Shown in pieces: positions 59,001-64,000 of a DNA stretch of 64,000 nt; positions within the stretch are counted from its first letter, which is position 1; each line of letters starts with the position of its first letter. Below the pieces are notes generated by a model. That model did no database searches, was not told where the DNA came from, and saw only the letters and a list, made by a program, of their open reading frames with translations. The stretch lies in the IMG/VR virus record IMGVR_UViG_3300013306_000014, one strand, 5' to 3'. The stretch is from an uncultured virus (IMG/VR IMGVR_UViG_3300013306_000014) (Duplodnaviria > Heunggongvirae > Uroviricota > Caudoviricetes). The position numbers and the translations under genes were made by a program.

Positions 59001-60283
59001 ACGGTTGAGAGGCGCTCTAAGCGACGATACTCACCTTGGGTAAGCAACCCCTTGCCGTACAGCTCATTGGCCTTGTTGAGCATTGCCTCACCTTCTTTGG
59101 CGACACCTGCTTTCTGGGCCATGAGGTCAACGTTGATAACCTTCTGTTCAATCAGGTCACCTTCTTCGTCGACTTGTTCGGAAGCGGCGAACATGTCCTT
59201 CAGCTTGTCGAGCTCTTCCAGTTCTTTCTCAAGCTTGGAGAGTTCAACGTCATCGTCCATCAGCTGATTGGAATCACCCAGCGCGGTCAGGTCGTCTTCG
59301 AGGTCGAAGTCTTGCGAGTCGATCTTCGCGTCATCTGGATTAACTTCAACCAGAGGCTCTTCCAGTACAGCATCGCCAGTTTCAGTGGCGATAGGAGTAG
59401 TGCCTTGGTGGATCGTGGTCATGAGTTTCAGGAAGCGCAGAGCAAAGGTCTTTGGTTCTTCACCTTTCTCACGCTGCTTCTTTTCTTTAGGGTCTACGTC
59501 AGCCGCCAGACCTTTCTCAGAACGGAACGAATCCAACCAGCCGAGGTTGATCACTACCCAGCCGTTCAAACGACGAACGATCAGGTTGATCTTGCTGAGG
59601 TTGTCATACTCCAGTTTACCGAACAGGCTCTTGGAGCGTTCAGGACCAGCCCACATGAAGAGATCAGCCAAGAGCTTAGCTTCAGGTGTGCGGAACTTAG
59701 CCAGCGTCTGTGCGGTGAGGTTACTCTGATACTCACGCAATGCAGCGAGAGGAGGGATGACATCAGGGAGATCAACCTCGATGAACTGTTGGCGGTTACT
59801 AACCTTTGCCAAATGGTTCATGTTCAGAATAACTTCGTGGTAGATGTTGTACCACATGAAGTACGATGCGCGGAACGATGCCGAATACTTGACGATGTGC
59901 GCCAGCATGGAATAGTTGAAGACGATCAGCGACTGTTTATCAGTCTCTAAGCGCTCCAGCTTACGCATGGGGCGGAACGCCCGGTTCCGGCGGCGGTACT
60001 CAGTGATCATACCCTCGACGTTGCTGAGGGTCTTCACAGGGTTCCCAATTGGATCGACATACCGACGCATGTGATCGATGTACAGGAGCGCCTGACGAGT
60101 CAAGAAGATCTGGTCAGACGCTTGAGGACCTACGGACACACCGTCAACGTTGGCGTAATGCAGGATCGACAACTTTGGCAGACAGAGTTTGGCAATCGGA
60201 TACAACTTAGGAGCATTGATCTCCGATTGCCGCCACAAACTGAACTGTCTGACGTATGCGTCGAGATTTAACATTTCAGACAT
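56009..60283 (-). CDS. virion RNA polymerase beta-like subunit (phiKZ gp178-like)
   Basis: 1424 aa; GDDPKR, YTVEDS, GDKLVIANQMKS motifs. Confidence 0.93.
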   Translation of the reverse strand: MSEMLNLDAYVRQFSLWRQSEINAPKLYPIAKLCLPKLSILHYANVDGVSVGPQASDQIFLTRQALLYIDHMRRYVDPIGNPVKTLSNVEGMITEYRRRNRAFRPMRKLERLETDKQSLIVFNYSMLAHIVKYSASFRASYFMWYNIYHEVILNMNHLAKVSNRQQFIEVDLPDVIPPLAALREYQSNLTAQTLAKFRTPEAKLLADLFMWAGPERSKSLFGKLEYDNLSKINLIVRRLNGWVVINLGWLDSFRSEKGLAADVDPKEKKQREKGEEPKTFALRFLKLMTTIHQGTTPIATETGDAVLEEPLVEVNPDDAKIDSQDFDLEDDLTALGDSNQLMDDDVELSKLEKELEELDKLKDMFAASEQVDEEGDLIEQKVINVDLMAQKAGVAKEGEAMLNKANELYGKGLLTQGEYRRLERLSTVYETLPNPYGGEGNFVDAMKITREDVLVDPKELTNDSVVTDKSLAFSRVDAVDQKYIKSVLKKDIMRAVSSMQKGAVAITSYVVDRKIDAVNDREMHIVKFAPAVGIPSTVKFELPTIREDGTFLYNGTEYRMRKQRSDLPIRKVGPNRVALSSYYSKIFVERSNRKKFDYGKWLLGQLTVKCLDPDDPHISNAVLSDATNFKADVPMVYSTIAGSIAGFTVDKLDLYFDYKHRIKKFNYTKEELSLEKGGYVLCGRSKMGPLVMAPNGMIYVHWKNELQDLGTVESLCGIEIGPDSTPMYMAEMKIYSKTIPVGFALAYLLGIDELLKVLNVVPRRALVGERLNLQADEYAIRFKNESLIFKRSDVMAGMLLSGFNLYHAVIRNYDIELFNDRDVYAAVLERSGVGSRYVRELDALNTLFIDPITQDLLEWMKEPTTFTGLLVRATEMLQTNMVRVRREDKDRLVEGLERVRGYERVAGVVYETLSKAIRSYTTRSATGRASVVVNPNDTINALVQDPTTSPVNNINPIHSLREREVITFGGRGGRSRSAMVANTRLFTDEDMGFISEGTVDSGDVAIITYLSPNSNLTSVRGTVRMYDAERDGASALFSTAGLLSFGADGDDPKRLNFIQVQHGHGIMTVGSEVQGARTGMERVIASRMSPEFAVTAKQDGEVTEIAVDAITVTMKDGTVAKYPLGLVHTTAEGSVYPNTIATTLKVGEKVKEFDVITYNQGFFKPSLLDKRRVDYMNGCIGRIALREATYTVEDSSSISVDFAKRMGTYVSKLKTIVVDFHDGISGLVKVGDKTDLDTILCTIEGAVSSAAGLYDDATRETLRNWAAMTPKAKAVGEVAKVEVFYNGEIDSMSDSLMEIVADSEKERKRSAKRLGKEYVPARVGRNVRIDGHTLEDRQAIIMVYITTPVGMGIGDKLVIANQMKSTVGEILIGSNRTLEGEFIDAIFGAKSVIDRIVTSPFDIGTTNTVLRFIGEEAYADYFGE

Positions 60284-60303
60284 GATTGAGATATCCCCGT
60301 GGA

Positions 60304-61974
60304 TCAGTCAACCGACCTACGAATAGTGTCAGCGTTCTGAACGACATGATTGAATCGACTGGTCAGGTTACGGATGACCAATTCGGAGGTATCGTAAACA
60401 ACAGACGCACGAGGAGCACCAGAAGGCTTCACCCACGCAGCGCGCGTTCCGAGATACCGCTCAGTTTCTTCGAGCGATTCTTTCATCATGACTTTGGTGG
60501 ACGAACCGGTGTCACCATCAAAGTCAGCGCCGAGGCCGCTAAGACGGCTTGGGTGCGGTGATTCAGAATCGTGATATGTGGTCAAGCCGAACTTCGGATA
60601 CTCAACGGCCATGAACTCATCGCCAGTCTGCTTCTCCCAGTTCTCATCCATCTCCCAGCGAACTTCGCCAACGGATGTGGACTTAACGTAGATGCGGGAC
60701 GGGTAAGTCGAGTCATCACCGGCAACCGGATAACGAACGATGTCCGTGAAGTACTTGCTCCACTTGGAATACCCGCAGAGGTAGATCAGTTCGATCAACG
60801 TCATTGGGTGGACATTGGCTTTATCAAAGCCAGCAGGTAGTTCGTCAATGGAGTCGAACACCTTGAAGGTATCCTCGCCCAGATAAACCAACGACAGATA
60901 GCAGCCGTTGATCATGATAGGACGACCACGAGCTTCGTTATCGATCAAGTGGTTGATGACATCACGCTGGCCATCTTCAGTAATCCAACGGTCACGCTCA
61001 TACGCCGAGAGGGAAACCCACGTACGTTTGAGAGTCTTCGGATCAACCAGAGAAACGTCACCTTCACCAGCCGCCATGACCTTCGACAGGAATCCTGTGC
61101 GGAGCCAGTGTATGACCAACGGCGCAAGACCCACTGCTGTCTGGTAAACACCCAACACCGTACTGTCAAAGCTCGGTACGTTAGGGGAGTCCAAACTGAC
61201 ACCGGTGGTGTTCATGGAGGTCAGTACGTTACGAGTACCTTCACGCACACGGCGGGATGCCCACTTATCTTTAAGGAAGCCATCCTTACCACCCTGGAAG
61301 CGCTCCAGGTACTTGTACAGCTCGTTGATGATCAAGGTCAGGGAAAGACGTGCCTGATCGTACGCCGACGACTCCATGTCGCTTGAGCGGGTAATCGTGT
61401 TGGTGATGGAAATCGCTTTGAAGTAATACTCGTTGATCTCGTGTTTAGTCACGCGACCATCTTCACCCATCTCCACGTCACGCAAACCAGCAGGCATAAC
61501 GATGAGGTTCTTCATCAACCAACGGTGACGCCACTTCTCAAGGAACTTGATCCGCTCGTTACGCGCTGGAGACTTGTTAGGCTTCAGCTGGATCTTGTCG
61601 AGGTAGCGCATGAAGAACGAGAAGCCAGTTTCAGCATCCTCATCAATGCTCGCAACGAAGTCACCTTCAGCCTCGTCGAACTTAGCCATGCGGGTGCCGT
61701 CAAGAATAGTCTTGTACAGATCACGCTGACCCACCAAGTCACGATAGACCTTGGGGTGGATGATGTTTACTTTAAGATCAATCTTGCCGTAAATCTCATC
61801 ACGTTCGGTAGAACCAACCATCCCGAAGATTCGAGTGGAATAAAGACCGTCATCGTGGAAGTCGCTAGTAGCGCCCTCGGTGATGTCAAGTCGTGTAATT
61901 GGAGCGATGTGCTTAAGGTCTGCATCCGAGGCATGCAGAATCCAGAGCAACGCGGGTAGCATGTCAGGTTTCAA
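60304..61974 (-). CDS. virion RNA polymerase beta'-like catalytic subunit (phiKZ gp180-like)
   Basis: GLYSTRIFG, VMPAGLRD, RYPV, LGADFDGD; start TTG 61974 with SD GAGGTG. Confidence 0.93.
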   Translation of the reverse strand: MKPDMLPALLWILHASDADLKHIAPITRLDITEGATSDFHDDGLYSTRIFGMVGSTERDEIYGKIDLKVNIIHPKVYRDLVGQRDLYKTILDGTRMAKFDEAEGDFVASIDEDAETGFSFFMRYLDKIQLKPNKSPARNERIKFLEKWRHRWLMKNLIVMPAGLRDVEMGEDGRVTKHEINEYYFKAISITNTITRSSDMESSAYDQARLSLTLIINELYKYLERFQGGKDGFLKDKWASRRVREGTRNVLTSMNTTGVSLDSPNVPSFDSTVLGVYQTAVGLAPLVIHWLRTGFLSKVMAAGEGDVSLVDPKTLKRTWVSLSAYERDRWITEDGQRDVINHLIDNEARGRPIMINGCYLSLVYLGEDTFKVFDSIDELPAGFDKANVHPMTLIELIYLCGYSKWSKYFTDIVRYPVAGDDSTYPSRIYVKSTSVGEVRWEMDENWEKQTGDEFMAVEYPKFGLTTYHDSESPHPSRLSGLGADFDGDTGSSTKVMMKESLEETERYLGTRAAWVKPSGAPRASVVYDTSELVIRNLTSRFNHVVQNADTIRRSVD

Positions 61975-62039
61975 GACGCTCACCTCATTTAGAAACAAAG
62001 TTGTATGAACGATTGCCTCCCTTATAGAGAGACGGATTT

Positions 62040-64000
62040 ATGGCCAAGAAAGACGAATTCGATTTAGGGAAGGACGACTTAGACGACTTGAACTTCGATG
62101 ATCTCAACTTCGACGATATGGATTTCGGCGAAGACTCGATGAAAGACAGTCGCAAACCTGTCGAGCATTTCAAAGACACGTTTAAGACCAACGTTAAATC
62201 GAAGTTAACCGATCCCGGCTTCATTAAGCGGATGATCAAGAAAGTCGTCGGTAAAGGCTACGTCCAAGCCTTTGATGCATACGATGCATTAGACTCGACG
62301 ATTGCCGACATCATGAAGGATAACGCTTCCGAGCTGAGTCCTTACCTGATCAAATCAAAACAAAAGATGGACCGGATGAATCCTACTCTTCGGAGAATGA
62401 TTCCTGGGTCCATCCGCGACGCTGTTGATAGCGCAGAAGAACCGTATCGCCACGACGAAGGTCCTGATGAACTCACTCAGAACATCGACGGCATTGATAA
62501 GCTTCTTGGTTTCCAAGCCAAGCAGCAGATGCAAGGCGATTACCGCGAAGCTGTAAAAGACGTTCGCGAGAAGAAACGCTTCACTGCGGAGATGAAAGTC
62601 TCCACAGCCACGGCTAAAGGTATCGGTCGACTGGTTGGCTATCAGGACACTGTTCTGGTTAACTACCATCGGAAGAGTATCGAGATTGGCTATCGTCAAC
62701 TCGACGTCGGTATCCGTACCTTAAAACTTCACCAACAGCACTATCACACGAGTGAGATGTTGCTGAAGGACATCCTCAAGAACACTGGCTTGCCAGACTT
62801 CCTGAAGATGAAGACGACTGAGATCGTCGAGCAACAATTGAAACAACGTCTTGCTGGCGCTGCCATGCAGGGTGTTGCTGGATCTGCGAAGAAGTTCTTC
62901 GGCGGGATCAAACAGAATGCCTCCGACATGCTCGGTCAAGGTCTTCAGTTTAACCAGTCGTTGAATGAAGGTTCCGAGATGGGCGTTAACCGCGCTCAGA
63001 TGGCGGGTAGCATCCTCGGTTCTCTTGCAGCAGACTGGGTAGGCGACAAGGCTGAAGACGCCGGTAACTGGGCAGCGAAGAAGATCAAGCCTAAGTTGGG
63101 CAAGATGGCTGGCGTGCAGAAAGGCGACAACATGTTGCGCCAACTGTTCGGCGGGATCTTCCAGCGGGTTAACGACTACGCTAAGTCTGACACGGATTAC
63201 GATAACAAGTACTGGGCACTTCATGAGGGCGCTAAAGGCCTGATCGATACGCACCAGACTGCTCGTACCGTGAATGGCAACGGGATCATGGATCTCGATA
63301 AGCCTGCGCAGTTCGATAACATCTTCCACAAGTCGGTAGTGGAGATCATCCCTGCTCACTTGGCTTCCATCGATCGCTGGGTTAAAACCATGGCGACTGG
63401 TCAGGATCAGGAAGAGACCGCGTTCAGTCATTACACCGGCAGTTTGGTTTCACGTTCTACGCTCAAGAGCCAACACCTCAAGCTCACACTTAAAGGAAAC
63501 CTGCCGAACGTACGTGGCATGGTGGATGAGATCCTTGGTGAGATGGGCGCAGGCGAACTCTCCGGTGATGCGCGTCGTGCGCTGCGCTTGCAGTTGACCA
63601 CTGACCTTCAAGAAGGCATGGACTTCAAGGCTGAGCGTTACGTCGAGAAGAATACGTGGGATAAGACAGATCCATCCGTCGCGAACGAAATCATGGACTT
63701 CTTCCACGACAAGTTCAAACTGGATAAGGAAACCAAGCAACACATCGGTGACCAGGATAACCTGTCGTTCCACAACGACGTGCGTGACAAGTTCATCGAC
63801 GTATCAAACAACCTGCCTGACTTCGGTAAGGCAATGGGCGAGCTTACATCTGCCACTGGTCGTCGTACTTGGCGTGAACTTGGGCTGACCCGATACAACG
63901 GTAACCAATCTGACTCGATCCAGATGAAGGAGCTCTACCAAGCGCTGTTGGCTGGTGATGAGACTGACATCGTTAAGAAAGAGGACAAGAAGGAAACCGC
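62040..64000 (+). CDS. large tail protein, tape-measure/lytic-transglycosylase type (phiKZ gp181-like), partial
   Basis: ATG 62040, MAKKDEFDLGKDDLDDLNFDD..KDSRKP; KNTGLPDFLK and VEIIP segments; divergent from vRNAP beta'; no closing stop in the ORF track. Confidence 0.8.
   Translation, partial: MAKKDEFDLGKDDLDDLNFDDLNFDDMDFGEDSMKDSRKPVEHFKDTFKTNVKSKLTDPGFIKRMIKKVVGKGYVQAFDAYDALDSTIADIMKDNASELSPYLIKSKQKMDRMNPTLRRMIPGSIRDAVDSAEEPYRHDEGPDELTQNIDGIDKLLGFQAKQQMQGDYREAVKDVREKKRFTAEMKVSTATAKGIGRLVGYQDTVLVNYHRKSIEIGYRQLDVGIRTLKLHQQHYHTSEMLLKDILKNTGLPDFLKMKTTEIVEQQLKQRLAGAAMQGVAGSAKKFFGGIKQNASDMLGQGLQFNQSLNEGSEMGVNRAQMAGSILGSLAADWVGDKAEDAGNWAAKKIKPKLGKMAGVQKGDNMLRQLFGGIFQRVNDYAKSDTDYDNKYWALHEGAKGLIDTHQTARTVNGNGIMDLDKPAQFDNIFHKSVVEIIPAHLASIDRWVKTMATGQDQEETAFSHYTGSLVSRSTLKSQHLKLTLKGNLPNVRGMVDEILGEMGAGELSGDARRALRLQLTTDLQEGMDFKAERYVEKNTWDKTDPSVANEIMDFFHDKFKLDKETKQHIGDQDNLSFHNDVRDKFIDVSNNLPDFGKAMGELTSATGRRTWRELGLTRYNGNQSDSIQMKELYQALLAGDETDIVKKEDKKET

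Noticed and set aside
3425..59950. Long plus-strand ORFs such as 3425..5056, 14436..15779, 37877..39349, 51432..52808 and 56621..59008
   Set aside because: Antisense shadows of well-supported genes, explained by codon bias
62055..62130. Short tandem GACGAC/AACTTCGA repeats
   Set aside because: They encode the acidic DDLNF repeats of the gp181-like N-terminus; not a CRISPR or DNA-level repeat
1..64000. Genome-wide stop-codon reassignment
   Set aside because: TAA, TAG and TGA all end genes at credible C-termini (e.g. DDDIPF-TAG, sheath TAA) and long genes are intact in the standard code
1..64000. tRNA, CRISPR array, intron, intein or IS element
   Set aside because: No cloverleaf, repeat-spacer array, homing endonuclease, intein or transposase signature recognised by eye; not excluded without a scan

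Overview
This window comes from a nucleus-forming jumbo phage (phiKZ-like, Chimalliviridae). Left to right it holds: (1) the phage-nucleus/transcription core on the minus strand: non-virion RNA polymerase (nvRNAP) beta subunit (partial), gp70-like protein, PicA/Imp1, sigma-like gp68 subunit, ChmC-like protein, SbcD nuclease, nvRNAP beta' with NADFDGD, and chimallin ChmA; (2) a family-B DNA polymerase, a run of about ten small, probably paralogous genes, and PhuZ tubulin; (3) an accessory early cluster; (4) terminase, baseplate/virion genes, tail sheath and tube; (5) a second accessory cluster; (6) two paralogous head proteins, the prohead protease, virion RNA polymerase (vRNAP) subunits and the start of a gp181-like tail protein. 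Main oddities: the gp68-like gene is split by a single in-frame TAA; a gene missed by the ORF track, with an alanyl-tRNA-synthetase-like segment, is split by an in-frame TAG; an accessory protein carries an RNAP catalytic-loop look-alike (NPLV..NADFDGN); there appear to be two terminator classes that may track the two RNA polymerases; the likely PhuZ promoter fires antisense through a structural gene; and there is a structured non-coding region at 28.4-28.8 kb. No tRNA, rRNA, CRISPR array, intron or IS element was recognised. Homolog names rest on recalled motifs and synteny, not database searches.
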